The notes beneath the pieces are model-generated. The model was not told the origin of the DNA. It did no database searches and saw only the letters and a program-made list of their open reading frames with translations. Below are positions 39,345 to 51,849 of a DNA stretch of 64,000 nucleotides, in pieces (within the stretch, counting starts at the first letter, position 1; every line of letters starts with the position of its first letter). This DNA is from Convolutriloba macropyga (Eukaryota). Position numbers and translations under genes: made by a program. Where the stretch lies: positions 51,274,001 through 51,338,000 of the forward strand of contig NC_134470.1 of the NCBI RefSeq assembly GCF_964194025.1, read 5' to 3'.

Positions 39345-42300
39345 ACCAATAAAGTAAAACCAATAAAGTTCAAAACAAATTAGTGGTCCATCTGACATCT
39401 TCTTTGACAGCTTAGGTGGCAGTTCAAGTTGTAATGTGTGGATGGAACAAAAACCTTTTGTTGAATTGTCATTTGACGATCGTTTTTACCCAAAATTAAA
39501 AGTAGATTTTTGGAGAAAAGGGAATTGATCAAACTTAAACTATTTTTGTAATGTTTGGGTTAAAGGGCACATATTTATAGTGGAATCGTTCAAAACAAAT
39601 AAATAGTTGATTTTTTTATTCTAACAGTCTTATTTAAAATTATAATATGACTATGGAACAGCATCCGATTTAGCTTTTACCATATTTTACCAAGAAAATT
39701 TAACATATATTTTCTAAAAGCTAATATTGCAATTTTTCTGGTGGAATCTAAGTAATAATTAGAAATGTTAAATTTAAAAAGATTCCAATAAAGATGGACG
39801 ACAGTGTGATTAATAGTCCAGGTTTTACAATATTTTTTTAACTCGCTTAGAATTTCAATCATCCCATTTCGATTCTTTGTTCGACAGGATGATAGACTTG
39901 TAATGGTACTCATATCTTTATGCGTCAAATATATGAACGAGCCTAAAATTGACTGCGCAAAGGAAAATCAAGTGAGCGAAAAGTCGTTCCCCCGCTAAAG
40001 TGGATCAGAAGAAATAAAGATTTACTGTAATTTAACTTTGGAATTAGTGTACCACTTTGTGGCACGTTGGTATCTATTGACTTCTGAAAACCACGATTCG
40101 AGTAACCAGCATGTCATACTTTTACCTGTGTGATTTTAAGAGCCTTAATTGTGCGAAGCCCTCATTGGCGGAATGATGGGTTTTTATCAATTTTTTTTTC
40201 TAATTTGGCTCGTTTTCAGTGCTAATTGGGGGATTTTTTTGGTTATGACGTAGGTTAGATGATAAGAAAAGAGCTGCTGTCAGAGCTGCTGTAATCCAAC
40301 TTGTGGGACCAAAAGACTTTCAGTTGAAAGATATTTTAAACACTTTTTTTCGGAGCCAAAAATTAATGGGCACCATATTCGTCATTCGTCCGGGCGAAAA
40401 ACTCAATAAGGTCCTCAATAAAATTCATTACATGTTTTTTAACTGGAAAAAAAACATTTCTAAAGCCATCATTTCAATTTTTGTTCAAGCGTTGGACTAG
40501 TCGAATATAAGTAAATTTAATGTTGTTTAAACATCAACACATTATACTGGGGGGACTGCCCACCTGAAACTTGTACAAATTTTGCTGCTATTTTTTTCTT
40601 AAGTTTACCCCCACCAATTAATTGTTGTTCGTATTATATTTCCTAACTTTGGTTATAATTCCGCTCACTGTCCAGCAATTGGTTATCACTGAATTTTTTC
40701 TAATTTGGCTCGTTTTCGGTGCTATTGGGTGGATTTTTTTGGTTATGACGTAGGTTTGAGGATAAGAAAAGAGCTGCTGTCAGAGCAGCTGTAATCCAAC
40801 TGTTGCGGGACCAAAAGATTTTCAGTTGAAAGATGTTTTTTAAAGGCGATTTTTTGGAGCCAAAAATTCATGGGAACCATATTCGTCTGGGAGAAAAACA
40901 CAAAGTTCTTCAAATTTTTGATGAAAATCTTCAATCTTCAGTGAAATTAATAACCGATTCATTTTATGAATAACAGATATAGCCGGAAGTTATCAAAAAA
41001 TTTTGTTTTCCATTGATTTGGAGGCTAAAATATCTCAAAATACAAAAATATGAAACAAATTTTTCGGTGGCCCATTCTGAGTTTATTCGACTGTTTTTTA
41101 AATGTTTAGAGCGTCTCTGAGTTTTTAATTTGGAAAAATTTGCTCTGAATGAAATATTTTCAATGCAAAAGCATTCATGGCTTCGCATTTTTTTTATAGT
41201 TGGTCAGATAAATGGGAGTTGTTTTTCGCTCCAAATATTGAAATGTTTATTCTGTTATACAAAAATCCTATTTTACGATGTCATGTATTGTTGCCCATCA
41301 CTTGATTTATTTCACTATTCAGAGAATATGAACAGTTTTTGGGGCATTCTTCGTTCCGAGATGTATTCAGTAAAATAGGATACAGTAAGATTTTTCCAAT
41401 TTTTCTTTGAAGTTGTTTACGACAGGTTTCACCAACTGAAACCAATAAATTTCAAAACAAATTATTGGTCGAAACGACATAGTCTTTGACAGGTTAGGTG
41501 GCAATTCAAGTTGTAGTGTGTTGATGGAACAAAAACCTTTTGCTGAATTGTCATCTGACAATCTTTTTTACACGAAATTAAAGTGGATTTTTCGAGAAAA
41601 AAGCATATTGTAAAATTGATCAAAATTAAACTATTTTTGTAACGTTTGGGTTAAAGGGCATATATTTTTAGTGGAATCTTTCAAAAAGAAACAAAAATTG
41701 ATTTTTTGATCTAACAGTCTTATTTAAAAATATAGTATGACAATGGAACAGCATTCGATTTAGCTTTTACCATATTTTACCAGGAAAAATTACCATAGTT
41801 TTTGTAAAAGCTAATATTCCAATTATTCTGGTGGAATCTAAGTAATAATTAGAGTTGTTAAATTTAAAAAGATTCCAATAAAGATGAACGACATTGTAAT
41901 TAATAGTCCTGGTGTTACAATATTTTTAAACTCCCTCAGCATTTCAATCATCCCATTTCGATTCCTTGTTCGACAGGGGGATAGGCTTGTAATGGTACTC
42001 ATATCTTTATGCGTCAAATATATGAACGAGCCTAAAATTGACTGCGCAAAGGAAAATCAATGTAGCGAAAGTCGTTCCCCGCTGAAGTGGGTCAGAAGAA
42101 TTAAAGAATTACTGTAATTTAACTTTGGAATTAGTGTACCACTTTGTGGCACGTTGGTATCTATTGACTTCTGAAAACCACGGTTTGAGTAACCAGCATG
42201 TCATACTTTTACCTGCGTGATATTAAGAGCCTTAATTGTGCGAAGCCCTCATTGGCGGAATGATGGGTTTTTTGTCAATTTTTTTTTCTAATTTGGCTCG

Positions 42301-44560
42301 TTTTCAGTGCTAATTGGGGGATTTTTTTGGTTATGACGTAGGTTAGAGGATAAGAAAAGAGCTGCTGTCAGAGCAGCTGTAATGCAACTGTTGTTGGGCC
42401 AAAAGATTTTCAGTTGAAGGATATGTTTATAACGCGATTTTTTGGAGCCAAAAATTCATGGGAACCATATACGTCTGGGAGAAAAACACGAAGTTCTTTG
42501 AATTTTTTGATAAATCTTCGTTCTTCAGTGAAATTAATAACCGATTCATTTTATGGATAACAGATTTAGCCTGTAGTAATCAAAAAATTTTGTTTTCCAT
42601 GTATTTTGAGGCTAAAATATCTCAAAATACAAAAAAATACGAGAGACAAACTTTTCGGTGGCCCATTATGAGTTTATTCAGCTATGTTTTTTTTAAATGT
42701 TAAGAGTGTCTCTGAGTTTTTAATTTGGAAAAATTTGCTCTGAGTGAAATATTTTTAATGCACAAGCTTTCATGGCTTCGCATTTTTTTATAGTAGGTCA
42801 GATAAATGGGAGTTGTTTTCGCTCCAAATATTGAAATGTTTATTCTATTATACAAAAATCCTATTTTACGATGTCATGTATTGTTGCCCTTCACTTGACT
42901 TATTTCACTACTCAGAGAATATGAACAGTTTTTGGGGAATTCTTCGTTCCGAGATGTATTCAGTAAAATAGGATACAGTAAGATTTTTCCAATTTTTCTT
43001 TGAAGTTATTTACGACAGGTTTCACCAACTGAAACCATTAAAGTTCAAAACAAATTAGTGGTCGAAACGACATAGTCTTTGACAGGTTAGGTGGCAATTC
43101 AAGTTGTAATGTGTTGATGGAACAAAAACCTTTTGCTGAATTGTCATCTGACAATCTTTTTTACACGAAATTAAAGTGGATTTTTCGAGAAAAACGCATA
43201 TTGTAAAATTGATCAAAATTAAACTATTTTTGTAACGTTTGGGTTAAAGGGCATAGATTTTTTAGTGGAATCTTTCAAAAAGAAACAAAAACTGATTTTT
43301 TGATCTAACAGTCTTATTTAAAAATATAGTATGACAATGAAACAGCATTCGATTTAGCTTTTACCATATTTTACCAGGAAAAATTACCATAGTTTTTGTA
43401 AAAGCTAATATTCCAATTATTCTGGTGGAATCTAAGTAATAATTAGAGTTGTTAAATTTAAAAAGATTCCAATAAAGATGAACGACATTGTAATTAATAG
43501 TCCTGGTGTTACAATATTTTTAAACTCCCTCAGCATTTCAATCATCCCATTTCGATTCCTTGTTCGACAGGGGGATAGGCTTGTAATGGTACTCATATCT
43601 TTATGCGTCAAATATATGAACGAGCCTAAAATTGACTGCGCAAAGGAAAATCAATGTAGCGAAAAGTCGTTCCCCGCTGAAGTGGGTCAGAAGAATTAAA
43701 GAATTACCGTAATTTAACTTTGGAATTAGTGTACCACTTTGTGGCACGTTGGTATCTATTGACTTCTGAAAATCACGGTTTGAGTAACCAGCATGTCATA
43801 CTTTTACCTGCGTGATATTAAGAGCCTTAATTGTGCGAAGCCCTCATTGGCGGAATGATGGGTTTTTATCAATTTTTTTTCTAATTTGGCTCGTTTTCAG
43901 TGCTAATTGGGGGATTTTTTTGGTTATGACGTAGGTTAGAGGATAAGAAAAGAGCTGCTGTCAGAGCAGCTGTAATCCAACTGTTGTTGGGCCAAAAGAT
44001 TTTCAGTTGAAGGATATGTTTATAACGCGGTTTTTTGGAGCCAAAAATTCATGGGAACCATATACGTCTTGGAGAAAAACAAGAAGTTCTTTGAATTTTT
44101 CGATGAAAATCTTCGTTCTTCAGTGAAATTAATAACCGATTCATTTTATGGATGACAGATGTAGCCTGTATTTATCAAAAAATTTTGTTTTCCATTGATT
44201 TTGAGGCTAAAATATCTCAAAATACAAAAAAATACGAGAGACAAACTTTTCGGTGGCCCATTATGAGTTTATTCAGCTATGTTTTTTTAAATGTTTAGAG
44301 CGTCTCTGAGTTTTTAATTTGGAAAAATTTGCTCTGAATGAAATATTTTTAGTGCAAAAGCTTTCATGGCTTCGCATTTTTTTATAGTAGGTCAGATAAA
44401 TGGGAGTTGTTTTTTGCTCCAAATATTGAAATGTTTATTCTATTATAAAAAAATCCTATTTTACGATGTCATGTATTGTAGCCCATCACTTGACTTATTT
44501 CACAATTCAGATAATATGAACATTTTTTGGGGGCATTCTGCTATCCGAGATGTGTTCAGA
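39345..44560 (+). repeat. Three tandem copies of a ~1.59-kb unit (the first has an internal insertion and partial duplication)
   Basis: Markers recur at ~39372/41454/43047. The near-identical ORFs at 41884 and 43478 are 1594 bp apart. Confidence 0.93.
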
Positions 44561-46809
44561 TTTTTGTAGTAAAAAATGTCTCTTTTGATTCCATTTTTAC
44601 ATTTGCTTTTAGAATTTCTGTATTTTTATGACCGAATCTGCTTCTGAACTGCCCAGTATTGTATGGGGCACGTATTTTTGAGCTCATATTGTTTTCCTAT
44701 TTTCCTAAAATCCTTTTCGACTTCGAGTAGTCTTTTTGCCCTCATGCTAAAGTCGCATTTTAAAATAGAACAAAATGCTCGGGGTGAATACCGCTATTGT
44801 TATTATCATTGAGTCTGGGGATTGAGTATAATCAAAATTGTCGATACTTTTGCTTTGAAGGTTTTTAACGTTGTTTCCGAAGCAAAGCATTTTCAGTTGT
44901 ACTGTTTTGTTTGATCAAAATCTGCACTCCACTTCGTTCTTCATTTTTTATACTCATGTCGGAATTGCAGTTAGAATAATCCTAAATGGAAATTTGCAAA
45001 AATTCATGAGCTAGACCTCGAATTCGAAAAATTTTAAACAAAAACGACTGCTATTGTTGCATATTTAGCTTCAGTTTCAACTCGAATGAACATGTAAGAG
45101 AACAATGGTCTTAAGGGGATATATGAAAAAGGCTTCAAAGTAGAAAGCCTGCAAGTTTAGTTTGTTTCGAAAGCTAAGCTGAATTGTGCTTCAAAATGAG
45201 AGTACTCATACTGGTTAGGAGTAGATCTGGTAATCATTGGGGGATCTGGGGAGCAAATTAGATTGAAATTATAGGGCAAAATTTAAGAATGATTTTTTGA
45301 AATTTTGAAGATTTGTCCAGCTATATTTTCAGATGAGTTCACCGTTTGTCTCAAAGTTGCATTTTGTTTTGTATTCAATTTTACAAAAACCATTCCTTTG
45401 TAGCTCAGATTCTATGTCCTGCAATATGAGTTGGTTCCAAAAACATTTTGAATAATATTCAATTTTATCGAGTAATTATTCGGACTTGTGGCTCAATATT
45501 ATGAATCAAAAGTAAACCTAAAATTAATTGAAATAAGGGCAGAGAAAAACCATATATTGCAGAAACCATGCTGTGACTAATTTAGTAGCTAACCATTTTC
45601 ATAGACAAGTACCGTAAAGAATACTTTTATAAGTTGTGGTTTTGGCCTCTGGTTGTTAATACATTTAAGGGATCTAACGAACCGTTTGAACACAGATTAG
45701 AACACTTTAATCGTTGGAACTCTACTGTTCAACGGAATATTAGGTAAAAAGGTATACAGCTGCTGATCGAATGTTAGTACTTCCCGTGCGGTAGTTATTC
45801 GGAAAGTATAGCCAGTTATTGAACCAGAAATGAGTTGTGGGGTTTGGTTTATTTTGCCAATGCGTGGAAAGGACTTTCTCAATGCTAGGCCTAAGGGTAT
45901 TTGTGATCTAATCGACTCAGTTTTGTTTAGATTTTTATAAATAGAACAGGGAACTTGTTCAAACTCAAACAGGGTTCCATTAAGGCTGTTTCTACGGCGA
46001 CCTGCTTTGAACTGGACCTTTGATTGGAGACTTTTACATGTTTAGAGTAGTAGTAAGAGCAACCAGATGGTTTGCATGAAGAATGAAGAGATTTTGCATG
46101 TTATTTTGAGCTGCATAATTAAAGGATTAGTTGTGTTTGAAACACTAGTAAATGTAAACAGGTCACGTGGAGAATAGAGCTTGAAAGTCTAAGAAAGATA
46201 AATTGAGAAATGGTTGTTTCTCGAAATGTACTGGGAACATCGACTTAAATTCCCACATTGCTTCAGACTTTGCTGTGTTTTGACTAGAGTTATAGTGTAA
46301 GCTAATTGTGCATGCTGGCTTGAACATGCAACTCAAATGGAAAGTTTCATGTTTTGATACATTTTCTTGACATATGCTATGGCACAGTTGCCATGGTTTC
46401 CCACTGAAGGTCTTTGCAAGTTGCGTTGTCTGTGCTTAAACGTGATAAAGACCAAAGTAATGCTTTCCGATCTCGGTTGAGATCTATGCTCCCCGCCCCC
46501 ACCCCGGCGCCATTAAATACACGAATTATCTACGTCAATATTTGAATATCGCGTACAAGGGGTTTACATAATTTATGTGTAAGACGATGACGGGGAATTG
46601 GGTTCTGACGATACACAACCGAATCGAGCTATTATGGTAGTTTTTTGCAAGATTCTTGCGAAAACGCTTAGCTTGTAAAATCATATGAACGGGTATGTTC
46701 GTTTTATGACTCTGTTCTAGTGGGCATAAAATTTCGATACGCTCATTCTCCTAGATTTTTTTCTTAAGCAAAAACCAAAGTAGTAATATGCGAGCAAAGC
46801 TGGGGGGGG

Positions 46810-48392
46810 GGGGGGTAAAAGGAAGTACCTATGTATTAAGATTAGGTATAGCCCATTTTCCCTCAAATTCCAAGGAAGTACCTCACAGCATGATACCCAA
46901 GCTGTTCGCACTAAGGGGATTAGCAAGATAATCCTTTAATAATAATTTAGGATGACTCATTTACAGTTACGAACGAATTTTCAAAAACGTAGCTCACAGT
47001 ATGATAACCAAACTGTTCACACAAAGGGGGATTAGCCAGCTAATGTTTTAATATTAAATTAGATAAGATGACTCATTTACACTTATGTACAGCTTACGTG
47101 ATTTTGAAAAATGTACCTCACAGCATGACACCCAAGCTGTTCACACGAAGGGGATTAGCAAGATAGTGCCTTAACAACAAATTAATAAGGTCATCGACCC
47201 CCTACCAAATTACATTTTAATAACGTAAATTTTCAAAGACGTACCTCACAGCATGACACCTAAGCTGTTCACCCGAAGGGGATTAGCAAGAAAGTGACTT
47301 CACAACAAATTAATAAGGTCATCGATACCCTACCAAATTACATTTTAATAACATACATTTCCAAAGACGTACCTCACAGCATGACACCCAAGCTGTTCAC
47401 ACGAAGGGCATTAGCAAGATATTACCTAAAGAACAAATTAATAAGCTCATCGACCCCCTACCAATTTACACTTTAATAACGTAAATTTCCAAAGACGTAC
47501 CTCACAGCATGACACGCAAGCTGTTCACACGAAGGGGATTAGCAAGATAGTGCCTTAACAACAAATTTATAAGGTCATCGACCAACTACCAAATTACACT
47601 TTAATAACGTAAATTTCCAAAGATGTACCTCACAGCATGACACCCAAGCTGTTCACACGAAGGGGATTAGCAAGACAGTGCCTTAACAAATTAGTAAGGA
47701 CATTGACCCCCTACCATATTACAGTTTACTAATGTAAATTTCCAGAGATGTACCTCACAGCGTGACAGCCAAGCTGTTCGCACGAAGGGGATTAGCAAGA
47801 CAGTGCCTTAACATCGAATCAGTAAGGTCATTGTCCCCTTACCAAATTGCATTTTACTAACATCTGATTTCAAAGACGTATCTCACAGCATGATACCCAA
47901 GCTGTTCACGCGAGGGAGATTAGCAAGATAATCCCTTAATATTAAATTAGTAAGGTCATTTACCCATTCCCATATTACACTTTCATAATGTAAATTTTCA
48001 AAGGTGTACCTCCAGCATGACACCCAAGCTGTTCACACGAGGGGGATTAGCAAGATAGTGCCTTAACAACAAATCAGTAAGGTCATTGACCCCCTACCAT
48101 TTTACACTTTAATAATTCAAATTTCCAATAACGTACCCCACAGCATGACACCCCAGCTGTTCACACGAGGGGGATTAGCAAGACAGGGGGATAAAAGATG
48201 TACCTATCTATAAAGATTACGTATAGCCTATTTTCCCTCATATCCCGAAGACGTACCTCACAGCGTGATACCCACGCTGTTCACACGAGGGGGATTAGTC
48301 AGATAATCCCTTAATATTCAATTAGTAAGGTAATTTACCTCTTCCCATAAAAGACGTACCTCAGAGCATGATACCCAAGCTGTTCACACGAA
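46810..48392. repeat. Tandem array of ~13 units, ~128-bp period, with a conserved ~55-bp core (GTACCTCACAGCATGACACCCAAGCTGTTCACACGAAGGGGATTAGCAAGA)
   Basis: Core at ~46878, 46989, 47113, 47241, 47369, 47497, 47625, 47749, 47878, 48006, 48133, 48253 and 48355. Confidence 0.95.
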
Positions 48393-49050
48393 AAATATCA
48401 CATTCTTGCTTAAAATACCCAATTCTTGCCAAAAATACCCCATCCTCGCTAAAAATACCCAATTCTTGAAAAAAAATTCTTACCAAAAAATCACCAATTC
48501 TTGGCAAAAAATACACAATTATTGCCAAAAATACCCAATTATTGCCAAAAAATACCCAATTATTGCCAAAAATGTCCAATTATTGCCACAAATACCCAAC
48601 TCATGCTAAAAATACCTATTTCTTGAAAAAAAGACACAATTCTTGCTAAAAAATACCCAATTCTTGAAATAAACACCCAATTCTTGCCAAAAACATACCA
48701 ATTCTTGGCAGAAAACACACAATTCTTGGTGAAAAAACACCCAATTCTTACCAAAAATACCCAATTAATACCAAAAATACCCAATTATTACTAAAAATTA
48801 CCCAATTATTGCCAAAAATTACCCAATTCTTGCAGAAAATACCCAAATCTGACAAATTTTTTTCTAAAACTTTACCAGAAACTACCCAATATTAAAAAAA
48901 TAGCCATTTCTTACCAAAAATACTTCCTTTTTGCCACAAAAAACATATTTTCTAACAAGAAACCCAATTCTATTAAAAACTGTCCACTTGCTACCACTTA
49001 TAATTACCACAAAGTAGCTAAATATTGTCAAAAATACTCAATTTTTACAC
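48392..49050. repeat. ~21-bp minisatellite (AAAAATACCCAATTCTTGCCA)
   Basis: Directly visible, decaying toward 49050. Confidence 0.92.
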
Positions 49051-49587
49051 GTTTTTTTAGTATTGTAGAAAAACAACCAAATTTTGTAAAGAATAACAAA
49101 ATGTTTTCAAATATTTATCGAAAATATATCAAAAAATTAGACAACTTAACATAACATCATCATCTGTATTTATTTAATTTCTATCTGACAATCCGTTTAT
49201 TTAGTGATCTTTCAAACATCAATTTTGACATCTTCTTTTGTAAAGGCGAATCTTCTCAGGTGATCGATAGAGGTTTTTTGAGTACAACTTCATCGAACTT
49301 TTCACTATCGTTAGAAATAAGTCATAAAATGTATCAATTAAATCATAGTACCATAAAAATTACGTCCTACTATCTTCGCAATTAAGGACAAATAGATGAT
49401 TTCATAATTGCATGGGGACCACTGTCCTCTTTAGAACAAAATTAAGATCAATTACGTCTTAGGATTGGAACAATTACCGAATTACAGAAACCTAGATATT
49501 CTATGTGGTCATTGAACTCATGTGAACAAAGTCTATACCATACTACTTACGATATGATGATTCATACTTTATCTAAGCATGCACAAC

Positions 49588-49692
49588 TCACGTGATTGAC
49601 GTCTTCCTCATAGTACCGTAATAATAACGTCACTATTGCGTCATAATGATGTCATCTTTATCATAGTGTACAAACAAAAGTACAACTCATTT
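49588..49692 (+). promoter_or_regulatory. Candidate promoter: cluster of E-box and ATF/CRE-like sites plus an initiator-like TCATTT
   Basis: TCACGTGA (49588), TGACGTC (49597), ACGTCA (49627), TTGCGTCAT (49636) and ATGATGTCAT (49646) within 70 bp; TCATTT at 49687; followed by a strong donor gtaagt at 49851. Confidence 0.4.
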
Positions 49693-50047
49693 TACTTCTT
49701 TTCCTTCTCTTCAACAACTTAACTATAACTAGCTTTTGTTCTTTTCTTGAGACAATTTGAAGCGCTTTTTTTACCAGCCTAAGTTGACAACTATAAACTC
49801 TTCAGCGAAGATTCTTCATCTACAGGACCTCTGCCTATTTCGCATTCCAAGTAAGTCTGTTCTGTTATAAAATATGAGAACAAACCAAAAAAAGCGAATA
49901 AATAGCTATTATAATCATGGTACTCATTGGCAAATAGCATAGGAATGCTTCAGAGAGAAAGGTTTAGGGATTATGGTTATAGAGGCAATTTTGCTTTAAT
50001 TTAGTTCATTTAGGATTTCAACCGTCTTGAACCAAACAAAGGCTGGA

Positions 50048-50920
50048 ATGATGAATATCAAATCTGTGAAATTGAACGAAAATCTCAAGGTCCACTTCTT
50101 CTTCCCCGACTTCAATGATGATGTAGCAATTATAAAAGAGAGAAAAACGTGCTTCGGATGGGTAGCTGATCCTCCATTCTCAATTCCGAGGCAGCTTCTG
50201 GTCTTCATTGTTGCTATCGAGAATTTGCCTGAAGTCTCTGTACCATACAAACAGACAACTGTAGACTTTTACAAAAACCACAATGAAAACACAACTTTAC
50301 AAGTCTCGGACACCATGGAACTAAGCAGATCAGTCCGTGCGCAATTCTGTGATTATGAGTTGTCCTATAAAGCAATACATGAAAATCAACGAGGATTTTT
50401 TGAGGAGGAGAGGGAACTTAAATTCCTCTGGTGTGTTTCTGACGAGTATGACGATTTGCAGGAGCAGAAACCTGATCGCGATTGTGACGATTGGGAAAAT
50501 GAGTCACTGACAGAGAGTATTATTGCAAGTATAAAAGAAGAGAACGCACTTGGCCTCAAGTTTGACAACAAAAAATTTGACAAGTCAGTCACCTTTTCGT
50601 GTTTTTCTACAGAAACTGAACAAGAAACCATGAAAGAAGTACAGGAGACATCAACGGTTGAAAATACTGTACTCGAGTCTGTCAGAACCATCCTCAGTAA
50701 AGTAGTTGACGAATGTGCAGATAATCGGGATCATTTTTTTCCTGATGCAACTGAAGCAATATCTGAAAAAACTTCCCTCAAATGTGAGCAACCGGCGTAT
50801 TGTACACAAAAGACAGTCAAGAGAAGGGCTTTGTTGTCAATAACCCTGAGAGAGAGGGAAGTAGAAAGTCAGAAGTTGATGAGAACGAAGAAAAATTGTG
50901 TCCTCCATCGAGCAAATTGA
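50048..50920 (+). CDS. Intact ~290-aa acidic orphan protein nested in the srGAP intron; RVxF-like motifs
   Basis: 873-bp stop-free ORF in AT-rich DNA; upstream intron 49851 (gtaagt) to 50013 (ttcatttag); ATG ATG at 50048; KSVTF at 50582-50596. Confidence 0.65.
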   Translation: MMNIKSVKLNENLKVHFFFPDFNDDVAIIKERKTCFGWVADPPFSIPRQLLVFIVAIENLPEVSVPYKQTTVDFYKNHNENTTLQVSDTMELSRSVRAQFCDYELSYKAIHENQRGFFEEERELKFLWCVSDEYDDLQEQKPDRDCDDWENESLTESIIASIKEENALGLKFDNKKFDKSVTFSCFSTETEQETMKEVQETSTVENTVLESVRTILSKVVDECADNRDHFFPDATEAISEKTSLKCEQPAYCTQKTVKRRALLSITLREREVESQKLMRTKKNCVLHRAN

Positions 50921-51261
50921 GACGACATACTGAGTTATATGGTAACTAAACTAGCAATCTGAGAAGATATTCCATTGGCTGATTATTTTTGTTTGTATTT
51001 CCTGTATAATTTCAAATCTGATACTAGTATTTTTTGTGATGACTGATTGACTGATTAATTTGAAATATTGTGTTTCTACACTCAGAAAAGCTGAAGCTTA
51101 TGTATGCTTTTGAATTAATACATTGATACTAATATTTAATTGAGTTTTAAAAATGCATTTTCGAAAACAATTTTTATCAAAAGTTCGATTTTGAATTTAA
51201 ATATTTCTCGACAAATGCTTGCTTTGGAAATATCGTTTTTTTTTCAAAAATGTGGGTTATA

Positions 51262-51801
51262 GTCGTTGCAGAGACTGTGAAGTTGATTGGAAATCGTTGG
51301 GATGGAAATGATCTGGTTATCAGACAAAGGACCGTAGTCGACATACGACCACAAAATATCTGAAAGGTTCTCATGCGGATAGGTTTTTTTAACAACAGGT
51401 TTTTCAAGTTCCTGAATGAGCTGAAAGACCAGATTTTTGAGGTAGGAATGAGCAAGACACGTATTGAACATAAAGAACCAATATTTCTTGGGTTCTTTAT
51501 CCTCCTGTACGCCAAAATTACAATGTTGCAACTTAAATACATTTTCTAATCCTCTTTCTGCAATCCAAACAAATATGAGTTGATTGAAATTGATACTGAC
51601 AGTCTTTGCTTAGCACGTAGTGAGGAAAAATTTGACGAATTCAGTTGACCAGAAACGAATCCATTGTGGTACTGGATGATGCAAAGTAATTGCAGTGATA
51701 ATTTCGCAGCAGACTTTAGCAACAATTCTTTACCACGAAATGAATGCAATAATCATGGAAACTTTCATATGGGAACACCTGGTTTTTCTAAAGAAGAATT
51801 T
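51262..51801 (+). pseudogene. Polinton/Maverick/adintovirus-type protein-primed DNA polymerase B fragment
   Basis: Hand translation: VVAETVKLIGN /frameshift/ GYQTKDRSRHTTTKYL…IEHKEPIFLGFFILLYAKITMLQLKYIF*SSFCNPNKYELIEIDTDSLCLA…*…TPGFSKEEF. This contains PolB motif B (KxxxNSxYG, disrupted), motif C (DTDS at 51592-51603) and the PGxFKxE motif; two in-frame stops. Confidence 0.88.
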
Positions 51802-51849
51802 TTGGTAAAGATTTTTAGATATAGATGCATACATATCATTAATAAAAAA

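Noticed and set aside
41884-43699. Duplicated short ORFs (MNDIVINSPG…)
   Set aside because: Parts of the 1.6-kb tandem repeat; frames differ between copies and there are no protein motifs.
46810-48392. CRISPR-like repeat-spacer array
   Set aside because: The linkers are homologous to each other rather than unique spacers, the core is not invariant, there are no cas genes, and the context is eukaryotic.
46878-48392. Hammerhead ribozyme in the 128-bp units (minus strand CTGTGAG…GAAA)
   Set aside because: The core does not match CUGANGA and no proper stem II closes before GAAA.
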